Shown: positions 1 to 11,804 of the stretch, in pieces
Layout: each line of letters opens with the position of its first letter
Position numbering within the stretch: the stretch's first letter is position 1
NCBI GenBank assembly: GCA_051362555.1
Contig: CM120641.1
Location: forward strand, 29,580,401-29,644,400
From: Lingula anatina
Taxonomy: Eukaryota > Animalia > Brachiopoda
Direction of reading: 5' to 3'
DNA: 64,000 nucleotides
Notes under the pieces: model-generated
What the model was told of the DNA's origin: nothing
The model's database searches: none
The model's input: only the letters and a program-made list of their open reading frames with translations
Program-made: the position numbers and the translations under genes

Positions 1-261
1 CTTCTACTCATCCTACGTCAACGCATCGCTCTTCGACATATTGTTCCCTGCACACGCAGACGTCTAGACGGTGGATTCGGCGTTTCTCTTAGCTGGCCAG
101 CTAAAATCTTCGCTTCTCCCCACGAGGAATCGTCGCTCGGTCATCTTCGCAGGATACTTCACCTTTTTGCTGTCGTGGGCTGGAGTCGTAGTGTCATTGC
201 ATATTCCCATGCTTTCCAGGTTTGTTTTTATTACAGGTCCAGGAAGCAGACTGCAAACTGG

Positions 262-1170
262 TGGGCGCCACCTGTGGGACTTCGGCTACACTCCTTAAGG
301 TATGTAATCTTTTTTCTTTTTGGAAGGGGAGTTTGAGAAATGAAAGAAATCTAATCTCGTTTTTATTTCTGTTTACAGGACATAGAAGATGATGGGTGCC
401 ACCTGTGGGACTTTGACTACACTCCTTAAGGTATGTAATCTTTTTTTCTTTTTGGAAGGGAAGTTTGAGAAATGAAAGAAATCTAATCTCGTTTTTATTT
501 CTGTTTACAGGGCATAGAAGATGATGGGCGCCACCTGTGGGACTTCGACTACACTCCTTAAGGTATGTAATCTTTTTTTCTTTTTGGAAGGGAAGTTTGA
601 GAAATGAAAGAAATCTAATCTCGTTTTTATTTCTGTTTACAGGGCATAGAAGATGATGGGCGCCACCTGTGGGACTTCGACTACACTCCTTAAGGTATGT
701 AATCTTTTTTCTTTTTGGAAGGGGGGTTTGAGAAATGAAAGAAATCTAATCTCGTATTTATTTCTGTTTACAGGACATAGAAGATGATGGGCGCCACCTG
801 TGGGACTTCGACTACACTCCTTAAGGTATGTAATCTTTTTTTCTTTTTGGAAGGGGAGTTTGAGAAATGAAAGAAATCTAATCTCGTTTTTATTTTTGTT
901 TACAGGACATAGAAGATGATGGGCGCCACCTGTGGGACTTCAACTACACTCCTTAAGGTATGTAATCTTTTTTCTTTTTGGAAGGGGAGTTTGAGAAATG
1001 AAAGAAATCTAATCTCGTTTTTAATTCTGTTTACAGGACATAGAAGATGATGGGCGCCACCTGTGGGACTTCGACTACACTCCTTAAGGTATGTAATATT
1101 TTTTCTTTTTGGAAGGGAAGTTTGAGAAATGAAATAAATCTAATCTCGTTTTTATTTCTGTTTACAGGAC
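262..1170 (+). repeat. Tandem repeat, 131-132-bp unit, ~7 copies; each unit is an intron (79-80 nt) plus a 52-nt exon
   Basis: Unit reads AAG|GTATGT...AATCTAATC...TTTCTGTTTACAG|GACATAGAAGATGATGGGCGCCACCTGTGGGACTTCGACTACACTCCTTAAG; copies are nearly identical. Confidence 0.95.
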
Positions 1171-1228
1171 ACAACTGCAAGGAGACACCCCACATCTACA
1201 CTTAAGCTACTTCGACCATCCCTTGGAG

Positions 1229-1450
1229 CCAGCGAGTCCTGCCATGGTCTCTCTACGAGGTGGCTTCATTGGGGAAGCGTCCAGCGAGTCCTGCCATGGT
1301 CTGTCTACGAGGTGGCAGCACAGGGGAAGCGTCCAGCGAGTCCTGCCATGGTCTGTCTACGAGGTGGCGGCACAGGGGAAGCGTCCAGCGAGTCCTGCCA
1401 TGGTCTGTCTACGAGGTGGCTGCACTGGGGAAGCGTCCAGCGAGTCTTGT
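1229..1450 (+). repeat. 52-bp minisatellite, array 1 (~4.3 copies)
   Basis: Unit CCAGCGAGTCCTGCCATGGTCTGTCTACGAGGTGGCTGCACTGGGGAAGCGT starts at 1229, 1281, 1333, 1385 and 1437. Confidence 0.95.
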
Positions 1451-1615
1451 CATATGGTGTTTCAATGAAATGGAAACCACTTAAAGGTAAGCCTGACTGC
1501 AGAGTGCTGACATAGTATGAAAAGTCATTCATTCATTTTTCTTTCTGTTGACAGAACACAACTGCAAGGAGACGTCCCACATCTACACTTAAGCTACTTT
1601 GACCATTCCTTGGTG

Positions 1616-1941
1616 CCAGCGAGTCCTGCCATGGTCTGTCTCTTTGATGTGGCTGCACTGGGGAAGCGTCCAGCGAGTCCTGTCATGGCCTGTCTACGAG
1701 GTGGCTGCATTAAGGAAGCGTCCGGCGAGTCGTGCCAAGGTCTATCTGCGAGGTGGCTGCACTGGGGAAGCGTCCAGCGAGTCCTGCCATGGTCTATCTG
1801 CGAGGTGGCTGCACTGGGGAAGCGTCCAGCGAGTCCTGCCATGGTCCGTCTACGAGGTGGCTGCACTGGGGAAGCGTCCAGCGAGTCCTGCCATGGTCTA
1901 TCTACGAGGTGGCTGCACTAGGAAGCGTCCAGCGAGTCCTG
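1616..1941 (+). repeat. 52-bp minisatellite, array 2 (~6.3 copies)
   Basis: Same unit at 1616, 1670, 1722, 1774, 1826, 1878 and 1929, preceded by the same ACAACTGCAAGGAGAC...CACATCTACACTTAAGCTAC leader as array 1. Confidence 0.95.
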
Positions 1942-3406
1942 TCCAACGTTTCATGGCAACTGCAAGGAGAAGAGGGCCACGTGCACACTTCCGATACATC
2001 CCTCAGTCCTTGGTGCCAGTGAGTCCTGCCACGGTCTGTTGAAGAGGCTGCATTGGAGAAGCGTCTGAAGCATATGGTGTTTCACTGAGGCGGAAAAACC
2101 TGCAAGGTAACCCATGTTACTGGCGAGAACAATACACTAAAATTAATTTTTCAGCAGCAGTCTGTGCCATAAACTTTTCACCCTACTGGCCATTCAGTCC
2201 ACCTTCTTTCCTAAAAACTAGATATAGATGTCTGAATCTTGATTCACTGGTTCGAATACAAAGTTCAATAGGACTAGACTGGATTGCATTAATATTTGTA
2301 TTAACAAGACCTTGACATTTTTCTCGAATCATGATGTAACAGTTACATTTAAGATAAATCAAAAGCTCTTCTTCATACTTATAGAAAAAATCCAACAGCC
2401 ATGTCACCAAATTGACACATTCTGGAAATCTACCGATTCTAACAATTTTTATGGCTTCAGACTGCTTTTGATATACAATTTTTGAAAACTAATCAAATTT
2501 TCCTTTCTATTTACAGAACTCAATTAGGGCAATTCCTGATAAAGTCCCGCTTTTTTGAAAGAGGTGCAAGAAGAGGGTCACATTCAATCCTTGGTGCATG
2601 GTTGTGTCCTGCCATGGTCTGTATGTTAGGGGGCTGCATGGGGGAGCATCAGAGGCGTTTCACAGAGATGGAAACCTATCAAGCCTTAAAAGGTACATAT
2701 CACTCATGTTTTTGGGGGAAAACAAAACACTTAAGTGATTTTTCATACCTTGAAAAAACTAAAAACCGTTAGCCACATTAATTTGACAGCTCACATTCAG
2801 AAGGCAATGTCTTTTACCCATGACCCACTCCTAGGATTAAGATATTTATGGTTAGTAGATTGGATTTGGGTGGGAGAAGTAAAGAGGGAAACTTTTGACT
2901 TATAATTTTTTATTTTGTAGTTGAGGCAGATAGCATTGGCGAGCGCCTGTCCTGATGACGGTCCATTTTAACAAGGTTAACAAGGCTAAAATGGAGAAAG
3001 CCATGTCAGCTATATCATATAGTGTTTCAAGAGCCCTTCAGTAGTTGTGATTAGAGAGCATTCAAGGTAAGTTATGGGACAGGATAAGGGTAAATGAACT
3101 AGATTGTCATTCATTGTATAGATAATACAAATCTCTTATCAGTGCAACTCCAACAAACTGAGCATTTTGTGCAAGGTCTTAGACAATTGTTTTAAGAATG
3201 TTTGGGACCTGTCACTCGGTGCAGGCATTTGTTTTCTATTTACAATTTACTCTAGCAAATTCAGTGCTCATTTTTCACAGGTAAAAAGCTCTTTTAATTT
3301 GTCACAGATGTGGAAAAACCTTATCATTCATACAAAATATTTTGACATGCCATTCGTCAACTTTCAGATCCTCAACAGTCTCAATATTCTGCAGGACGTT
3401 GTCAAT

Positions 3407-4027
3407 GGTCCAGATCACTTGGAGCTACCGCCCCCACCACCCACCACCACCAATGTGACTCCGAGGTGTGGTCACTGGTCCAGATTACTTGGAGCTACCG
3501 CCCCCACCACCCACCACCACCAATGTGACTCCGAGGTGTGGTCACTGGTCCAGATTACTTGGAGCTACCGCCCCCACCACTCACCACCACCAATGTGACT
3601 CCGGGGCGTGATCACTGGTCCAGATTACTTGGAGCTACCGCCCCCACCACCCACCGCCACCAATGTGACTCCGGGGCGTGATCACTGGTCCAGATTACTT
3701 GGAGCTACCGCCCCCAATGTGACTCTGGGGCGTGGTCACTGGTCCAGATTACTTGGAGCTACCGCCCCCACCACCCACCACCAACAATGTGACTCCGAGG
3801 CGTGGTCAGTGGTCCAGATTACTCGGAGCTACCGCCCCCACCACCCACCACCAACAATGTGACTCCGAGGCGTGGTCAGTGGTCCAGATTACTTGGAGCT
3901 ACCGCCCCCACCACCCACCACCACCAATGTGACTCCAGGGCGTGGTTACTGGTCCAGATTACTTGGAGCTACCGCCCCCAACACCCACCACCAATGTGAC
4001 TCCGGGACGTTGTCACTGGTCCAGAAA
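3407..4027 (+). repeat. 70-bp C-rich minisatellite (~9 copies, one with a 16-bp deletion)
   Basis: Unit GGTCCAGATTACTTGGAGCTACCGCCCCCACCACCCACCACCACCAATGTGACTCCGAGGTGTGGTCACT at 3407, 3477, 3547, 3617, 3687, 3741, 3811, 3881 and 3951. Confidence 0.95.
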
Positions 4028-7000
4028 TTGTATACTAGCAGCTACCACCCCCACCTCCAGTGCTGTGGTTGTGGTAATAAAAGGCCACCGTAGAAGTGAG
4101 TATTTATTTCCATCTCTCTATATTGTTCAGATTGTTAGGCATTTTCCTGGTTTATCTGCCTCCCTTTACGCCTCTTGTTCTCCAGTCACTTTCTTTTTGT
4201 AGAATCTTGGCACTCTCCCAATCAATGTTTTTTTGTGATGGTTCGTTGTAGCAGAAGGCTACCTTGGGCTGTAGTGTATTTTTCCCTCTTCGGGTACCCT
4301 TTCTTATTCCTTCCCGTGTTCTTTAACTCTAACGTTCAACTTTCTCTTTGTCTCTCCCATATAAATCCTTCACAAATTAAACACTTGATGGAATACTAGT
4401 ACACTCCTCCCGCTGGATCTAGATTGTTCAGGCTTTACTTAAACTTGTCTTTGAGTAGAGTCGTTTAAATGCTGTTAGTGTTCCTTTTCCTTCGTTAAAA
4501 CTAATTTGTGCAATACCCCATTGTGACATTAAGTCTGAAGGTCGCCAGTGGCATGTCAAAATATTTCGCTTGAATGTCTTTTCCAAGTTTGTGACAAAAG
4601 TGCTTTTTATATTTATTTCCCATCAAACTGCTGAAACTTTAAAAACACATTTCATATACAAATGGTTGACTTTTATTACATTTTGAAGTAATAATTTAAA
4701 TTTGCAGGCTACCAAAAGTGGTGGATTCTAAAAATGAAGATTGCAACTACCAAACCTCCAGATGAAACACTTCTTCAGGATTGAGGGATCTTTATACAGA
4801 TAACTTTGTAAGTTATTGGGGATCAACAACTTAAGAAAAGTGGTTCTGAATTTTTTAAGTATTATTATTGGTGTATTATGGCATTTCTTATTATTGACAG
4901 TGATCAAAAACTATATCCTATGTAAACAAACAGTAGAATTAGAAGTAGCACAGACAGTCAACAATTTAACATGTAGGCTAACATTACAATACTCAATATA
5001 GCAACATCTTTTCTTACTTTTTTGTCAAATGTTTGAAATAATTTATTTTTTGAAGACTGCTGTCTACTTACTCTAAAAAGTTGATATATATATTTTAATA
5101 AAGGAAGCATATTTCACTGTACATTTGGAAATAACGCTCTGATCATTTTAAGAACCAAGCTTTTCATTAATGTTAACGGTGTGTAAATACCAGTGATATA
5201 CTTTCTTTGTTGCAGTTACTGCAAGCTTTCGATATAGCTTTTCATACTTTTGAGTAAAAGTTGGATTTCATTTGTAGGCTACGAATTGGGAGTTTTCCAA
5301 TAATTACGCCTGCATGATGTCAGATAACGTCGACCCAAGACCAAATGTCCAAGATGTTGAACACTGTACAGCATTAGCAAGGAGCCCTGTGGACACTTTC
5401 ATGGATGCTCAGACATCCCACGAGTTTTGGTGTTGAAGGACACGGCTTGTTCTGCAAACAAATATAAAGAATGTGGATTGGTAATGAAGGCAATATACAG
5501 TACTGAATGTAGTGGGAATACAGTCTAATAATGTATCAGTCTATTGGATGCTGAGAATATTTGGGGTTCATGGGTCACAAACATGTCAAGGTGAATTTGC
5601 ATCAAATTTCATTTGTATTTTATGCCTTATGCAGTGAACCATTTTATTTCAATAACAGATGAGAAAACTGAGGTTCAAGATAATTCTTCATTCCATACAA
5701 GATCAATTGAATAAGATGTGTGCTTCTGTAGGCAAAGTCTACCTCTACAGTTGCTAAAATTATTATATTAATAAATTTGAATATAGAGTTGCTTTATCCA
5801 CATTCTGAATGCAGATAGTTTTTTTGCTCACAAAAACATTCCCACCACTTGTGGTCGTCTGTGTTTTGTTTCAATCTGAGATGGTCATTTTTCAAATTTG
5901 TGCTTTTGATGATGTGGAGTTGTTTGTCAGTATGGCATTTGAAAAGGTCTTAACCTGCACACTAACCTTACTAACAAACCCTCACATCTTTGTAAAATCT
6001 GACTTCATGTAAACGCTTTTACATGAAGAGATTTTACATTGATAGATTGTGCAAAATCTGTAATGAAATATTTTACGTGTGAGAAAATATTTCATTATAT
6101 TTTTTGTACAGTCTGCTCTTCTTGAGAGATGCTGTCATCTCTCAAGATAGAGATCACATTACTAATATTCAGATTTTCTCAAGTGTTATACTTGACAAAT
6201 ACATCCACTTCATCACATATGCACCTTTTCTCCGGATCAAAAAAATTCAGATTGAAATTTACATGGGCGGTCATACAGTGTAATGTGAGATCCGAAATAT
6301 TTTGAAGCAAGCTTGCTTTATTCTGTACTTGTATCATTCAGGTAGTTGCGATTTCAGTGCAAAGTTACATTTTAGAAACCTGGTATTTTAAGTCGAATTA
6401 TATATCAAAGTTTAGTTGAAATCATTGACCTTCCCGAGTTATAATGATATTACTTGAATCTGTTTGCATTTTATCATAAAGAGAACTATAATCAAGTTTT
6501 GAAAGATGCTTGCAGTTGTAAAATGATTAACTTTATTTATGGTTTTAATTCTCCAAGATAAAGTCAAAATGATTCTGTTTAATTGTTATGTCTCTGGTTA
6601 GTTTTTTATTGGCTTCAGTGCCTTTTTCTGTAAGAATTACTTTAATAGGTTTTTATGCTTCACCTCGTGTATAGTATACATAGAGAATAGTTAGTCAACA
6701 CAAAGGTTATTCCGTCACACAATGCTGTCTAAAACGGGACGATTCTTGAACTGTACGCAGCGCCGTGCCAATAGAAACCGATTTCGTCATGTTATAAGGA
6801 TCGAATTATCCGGGCGTGGGCACTTTCCCGGCATTCCCCACGAAGGGTTTAGACGGGTTTTTCCCCACGGCCCGAGAGCATCTGGTACCAGTTTCCGACC
6901 AACAGACCTGCATTATCGGACTGTGTGCGTTCCGACGCTAGATGAAGACGATGGAAAATCTTACAACTTTTGATAATACTGCTATGTATTAATTCATTGC

Positions 7001-7382
7001 GTTTACGTAGTTCATTACTGATATTATTAGTCCTTTTTAAATCAACTGTAAATATTCAAAATTGTACATAATAGTTGAATAAAAAATATTCTATAATTTT
7101 CTTTCTTTCTTTTTTTTTTTTTTTTTGTAAAAAAAAGTGGTCGTGTACAGATCGCTAAAAAAAAAAAAGCGAGACTTGCAAATAAATTTAAATGGACTCG
7201 CATGTATGCTCGTTTAATCATTAGTAGAAATTGTCCTCTTTCGCCTCTCACTTAAACTTTTACAATCTCGTCACTATTTCTGTCACTCCAATTTCTTCCA
7301 TAAAACTAGCCGATGTCCAGGTAATGAGTTGAATTTTGGTTTTTGGATACAAAGCTGTGGTGCTGCGTTACTTTGCTCTCCC

Positions 7383-7531
7383 GGGCCCCGTAACTCGAAA
7401 GCAGCGCGCATTGCGACCGAGCGCAAGCGTCTCGATTCCATTACTTGCCCATGCTCGCCCCATGTAATACACTGTAGCCTCTATGTGATATCGCCGTTCG
7501 CAATAAGCGATGCTTTTAAGTTATGGAGCCC
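7383..7531. mobile_element. Palindromic MITE, family B (second copy at 60969-61108)
   Basis: Inverted termini GGGCCCCGTAACTCGAAAGC...GCTTTTAAGTTATGGAGCCC; internal sequence is shared with 60969-61108. Confidence 0.8.
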
Positions 7532-7689
7532 CAGGAATAACTCGAGCCGTTACCTAGACTTTCCTGAGTCAAATTAGAGAAGTAACTATCTTATTTAAAT
7601 AAATCCCACTGTAGATTTAAGAACCCAACACCTCTTAATGTTAACGAAGGGGTACATTGTGTATAAATGTATATGTTCTTGACTATAAC

Positions 7690-7759
7690 ACAAGTAAAAC
7701 GAGAAAAAAAACTAGTTTTTTCCCATTCCTGTGCCATTGTAATCCTTATCTACTGGCAC

Positions 7760-7804
<45 letters not shown>

Positions 7805-8340
7805 GGGAATTGAGGCCCAATTTTTTATATAAATGCATATAGCAAGCAAAACTAGACAAAACCAAGATTTTTCCATCCTTGTGCCATTAATGTCCTTATC
7901 TACTGGCACTATTTTATATTTGCTGAGGGAATTAAGGCCCAATTTTTTTATTCTTAAGAACACCTCACTCCCATCCCTGTAGCATAATACTTGCCGATTG
8001 CATTTATTTTGAGAATCAGATTTTATATAAATGTATAATGCAAGCAAAACTAGACAAAACCAAGAATTTTCCCATTTCTGTGCCATCACCGGTGACATGT
8101 ACCAGAAAGTCCCCCATGACAGAGAGTCCGCTTCTCATTCATTTGTACAAGTGAGCCTCGCCCTAGATTTTGACCTACTTAGGTCAAACTAACCCTAACT
8201 ATATGGAGGACGGACTTTCTGTCACACGGACCCTCAGTTTCATGGCACCGGCCTTATCTACTGGTACTCCTTCATATTTGCTGTGGGAATTGCGGCCCAA
8301 AATTTTTATTTTTAAGACCCCCCCCCCCCCCATTCCCGTA
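7690..8340. repeat. Degenerate tandem repeat (~3 units); the third unit is interrupted by a ~160-bp inverted-repeat insert at 8089-8251
   Basis: Recurring GTGCCAT...CCTTATCTACTGG...TTGCTGTGGGAATTGAGGCCCAATTTTT. The insert is bounded by CCGGTGACATG / CATGGCACCGG and contains GACAGAGAGTCCG / CGGACTTTCTGTC. Confidence 0.6.
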
Positions 8341-9114
8341 GCAAATGACAAAATTTAGTTATTACAAATATGCATACATTTATCATAAATATGTGTGGTA
8401 ATATTTTAATAATGTTAAGCGAAGATTAGAGGCAAATGACGAATATTAAATATGTTACAAATATACTAACAATTATTACTGATTTGTGCTAGTGAAATTG
8501 TGATGCTGCAAAATAAAATTTGCAGCTTTGCTGAGCAGGTGCAACACTTGATAAAACTTCCTTTCCGTTTAAGATTTAAGCAAGCCTGTATTTAATATGT
8601 ATCGTGGTTTTGGAACACTGCCATTATATTATAACTGAAGATGTTCTCAGGAGTTGCCATACCATTAACACAATTCAATTCTCTTATAGATTGTTTCATG
8701 GTTGACTTAAATGTTTTAAGGTTGAAAGTAATAATTAATACAGATTCGGTAAATGGTGATTGTAATATTGTTTGTGAGTTCCTGTTTTCATAGTTACTAG
8801 TAATTCACACTTAAATTGTAGAAGGAAGATTGTCACGGGACCCATATCTTAGTCTGGTGTTTTTTTATCATTTTCTTTTAACTTTTGTTAAAATAATAAC
8901 AACTTGTATAACATCACAATAACACACTGGCATCTTTGAAAATATGCTAAGGATTATTCATGTCTTAAACTATTTATATTTTACGAGAATTAATTGATGA
9001 TTTAAACACTTATCATAAGCAGCTGAGATAAAATAGATGGAAAATGCAAAAGCTGATGAATGATAAGTATTAAAATGAAAAAATATTTTTGGATCCCTTT
9101 TCACTGATTTAAAC

Positions 9115-11614
9115 CAGCCATTCCACGAAAAAGGGTACAATTCTGAATAATACCTGTCGCAGCTTATTTTCGGTAGTAAAAGCATCTGCAATTTTGCTTT
9201 TTTTAGTCTTTTTTAGCAGGACCCGATGTGTTCTACTTAAAAAACAACAATTAATATAGTACCACTTGCTTTGACGGGAACCCGGGGGTCTATATGCCGC
9301 AAAAAGCACGATTTCGACGTGTCGCTTCGGTATTATAGCTGATTTGCCACAAGAAAAAGTTTATATTTTCCCGTGTTTTAGTGTTTTTAGTCCTCAACTA
9401 ATTTGAATTCATGTTTCTTTTTATCATACATGGTGATCTCTGTCGAATTTGTTGGTTAGTTACGTCACTGTCATAGTTTAATCAATGTCGCTCAGTAACC
9501 CCTAACCTCCGTAACGGTTTTTTTAAATCAATGTAAGAATAAAAGAAAATGCTCTTAAATGGCCTTCCTGTGCATTTTTCAAACTCATAATACATGAAGT
9601 TTAATAAAACAGTGCTATTTGTTAATTTTGAATGATGCGTTCCATCACAGAGAATGTTAACTCACAAAAGTCGGGGTGTCGCATTTAAGAGCCTAACCTC
9701 AGTAACGGACCAAATTTGAAGAAAATGTTGCTTTAGAAAGCTAAAAACATCATTTTTGTTAAGCAAGGACCAACTTCTTCCTAAAAAATTCATTCAATAG
9801 TTATGCAAAGTTATCCCGAGGATAAAAACTGAAAAAGAATGCGGGTCACCTTACGTCCGTTATGCTAACCTCCGTTACGAAATAAGTTAATTGTTATAAA
9901 AATGACTGTTAATACTTTAAAACGTTATTTCTGTGGTTTTGTGAGTTAATTCTGATCATATAAGTAGTTCTACTTCTATGTTCTGATGTAGTATGCATTC
10001 ATACTGCTTGCTGTTAAATACATTACCCCGCATTAATATAGATATAAAATATACATTTACAGCTGATAATTCTATCAAGAAAGGCTAATGATTTAAGTTT
10101 TTACTCCAGTTTGCTATGAAATCGAGGGTAAATCGCGATTTGTTTTATCGAATTGATTTCCGTTTGTCACTTGACGATGCCTTTTTGAACTTATCATTCT
10201 GATTTTAAGCGAAATGAGTAGTTTTCAGGACTGTCTTGGCAAGAAAAATGGTACTAGCTGACATCAGTACTAACGTGCATGTAGCAGACATTATTTTCGT
10301 GGGAGACACATGGCGAAATATATTAAGCATTGAAGTAACAGTTACATTTATCAGGTAGAACTGCGGGATTATTAGGTCCTATTTTACTATTTCAGTAGCA
10401 CATAATTGTTTTTATCATCTTCTAGATGCTTCCAGTTACTTTAAATGGACAGTTATTGGCAAACACGTGTCTATTGTCGGCCACTTGATTGTATGCATTA
10501 ACTTTCTCGGGTATTTTGTTGTTTTTTATTGCCTATAACTGCGATCATGTGCATGTAGGTTTAATGTTTTGTTATACAGACACCAATGTGCCACTTACAA
10601 ATACAGAGCGACAAAAACACTACAGAGAAAGAAAAAAAATCTAATGACCGCGAAGCTTTTCTTGTGAAAGATTTTGAACGGTTTAAATGTACATGTATGA
10701 CATAGTTTAGACTAGAGTTTTACCTTCCCTCTGTTACTAAGATTATAAATTAAACTCTTACTCTGGTAAAATATGGAATGTGAATTCTACAGATACATAG
10801 ATCAACATATTAGCAGTGAAATGTATCCAGTAGTGGTAAATGTATTTATGAAGTCCTTGAAAGTAAGCAAAACAACCTGTTGTAACCATTTGCCATTTAA
10901 TGGTTTGAATAAACATGTTTTATCAATTTTTCTATGTTATTATGTAAATTTGTCGTATCTGTAATACTTTAAATTCCGAATTCATCTTCTAAAGTCTACC
11001 TTAAGCTAAAAATATCAAAACAAATATATGATCGCTGACCTATGTAGAATGACCTAACCTCCGTTACGAAATTATTCCTTTTTCATTTGAACACTGGATA
11101 TGTGTGTGCTCATTGATCAATGCTAATATCATAATAGATTGATAGCACTTTGTGCATAAACAAATAGTATGATAAAAAAGCAAGTCTGTCCCCAACGATT
11201 AATAAAATATTTAAATTGGAATATCTCAGCCTTTGTATTTATAGAAAACGAGCCACTTATTACCAATGTGTTTGCACCGCATTTTCTATAATTGAAGAGA
11301 AATCTTAAATGGGCAATAATATTTTGAATACATACAAATTCTTAATAATTGAATCAAATATGGAGCCTGTGACCTTTGGCATGATTGAAATATAACCTAA
11401 TTTAGATGTTACCTAACCTCCGTAACGAAAAAAATACTGTAACATGTTTACACGTGCATATTTCTTTAAATACAGTAATGGTGTGGGTTAAAATTCTTCT
11501 ACTACTTTCTGAATACCTCTTCATCAAAATAATATAAAAAGTTTTCCAGTTTTGCAAAGTTCATATCGCTGCATTTCTTGTTTTGGAATTGTACCCCTTT
11601 TCGTGGAATGGCTG
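9115..11614. mobile_element. 2.5-kb non-autonomous DNA transposon with 29-bp TIRs and a 4-bp TSD (Academ- or Sola-like)
   Basis: Left end CAGCCATTCCACGAAAAAGGGTACAATTC (9115-9143); right end GAATTGTACCCCTTTTCGTGGAATGGCTG (11586-11614), one mismatch. AAAC flanks both ends. The motif CTAACCTCCGTWACG recurs internally. No transposase ORF. Confidence 0.85.
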
Positions 11615-11690
11615 AAACTTATTCAACCATTTTGAAGACTTGCAGTTCCTACGTGTGTTAATAAAGGGAATCGGAGAAGACTGATTGTGC

Positions 11691-11804
11691 CCGGAAGTGA
11701 CGTGTAGTGGTGTTAGAAGCGAAGCTGAGTGGTCATTTTAACCTGGAGGTGAACGGGAGAGAAGACGTGTAGTCGGAGGAAAAAGAAGTTTTCTAAACAA
11801 CCTG
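11691..11804 (+). promoter_or_regulatory. Putative promoter and non-coding first exon (possibly of the downstream kinase locus)
   Basis: CCGGAAGTGACGTG (ETS/GABP site overlapping a CRE half-site) at 11691-11704, locally CpG-rich, followed by a strong donor CTG|GTAAGA at 11804/11805. Confidence 0.5.

Larger units (their letters stand above)
237..4807 (+). ncRNA. Putative multi-exon spliced transcript built from duplicated repeat exons (probably a lncRNA; extent uncertain)
   Basis: AG/GT-bounded exon candidates: 237-299, six 52-nt exons (379, 511, 643, 774, 906, 1037), 1168-1486, 1555-2106, 2517-2692, 2921-3066, ~3368-4095, ~4708-4807. Polypyrimidine tracts precede them and the repeated introns carry a CTAAT branch point. 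No long spliced ORF results from using the first AG. Confidence 0.45.

Noticed and set aside
1-220. CpG-rich stretch that looks coding on the minus strand
   Set aside because: All three minus-strand frames contain stops and no motif is recognisable; it is truncated by the window edge.
262-1170. Possible CRISPR array
   Set aside because: There are no unique spacers: whole units are near-identical and carry spliceosomal signals. The context is eukaryotic and has no cas genes.
1223-2042. Many overlapping ORFs in the track
   Set aside because: They result from a GC-rich 52-bp repeat lacking stops and show no recognisable domain; not called as CDS.
3167-4202. Proline-rich extensin/mucin-like ORFs
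   Set aside because: The 70-bp unit shifts frame in each copy and hits a TGA every third unit, so no continuous protein is possible.
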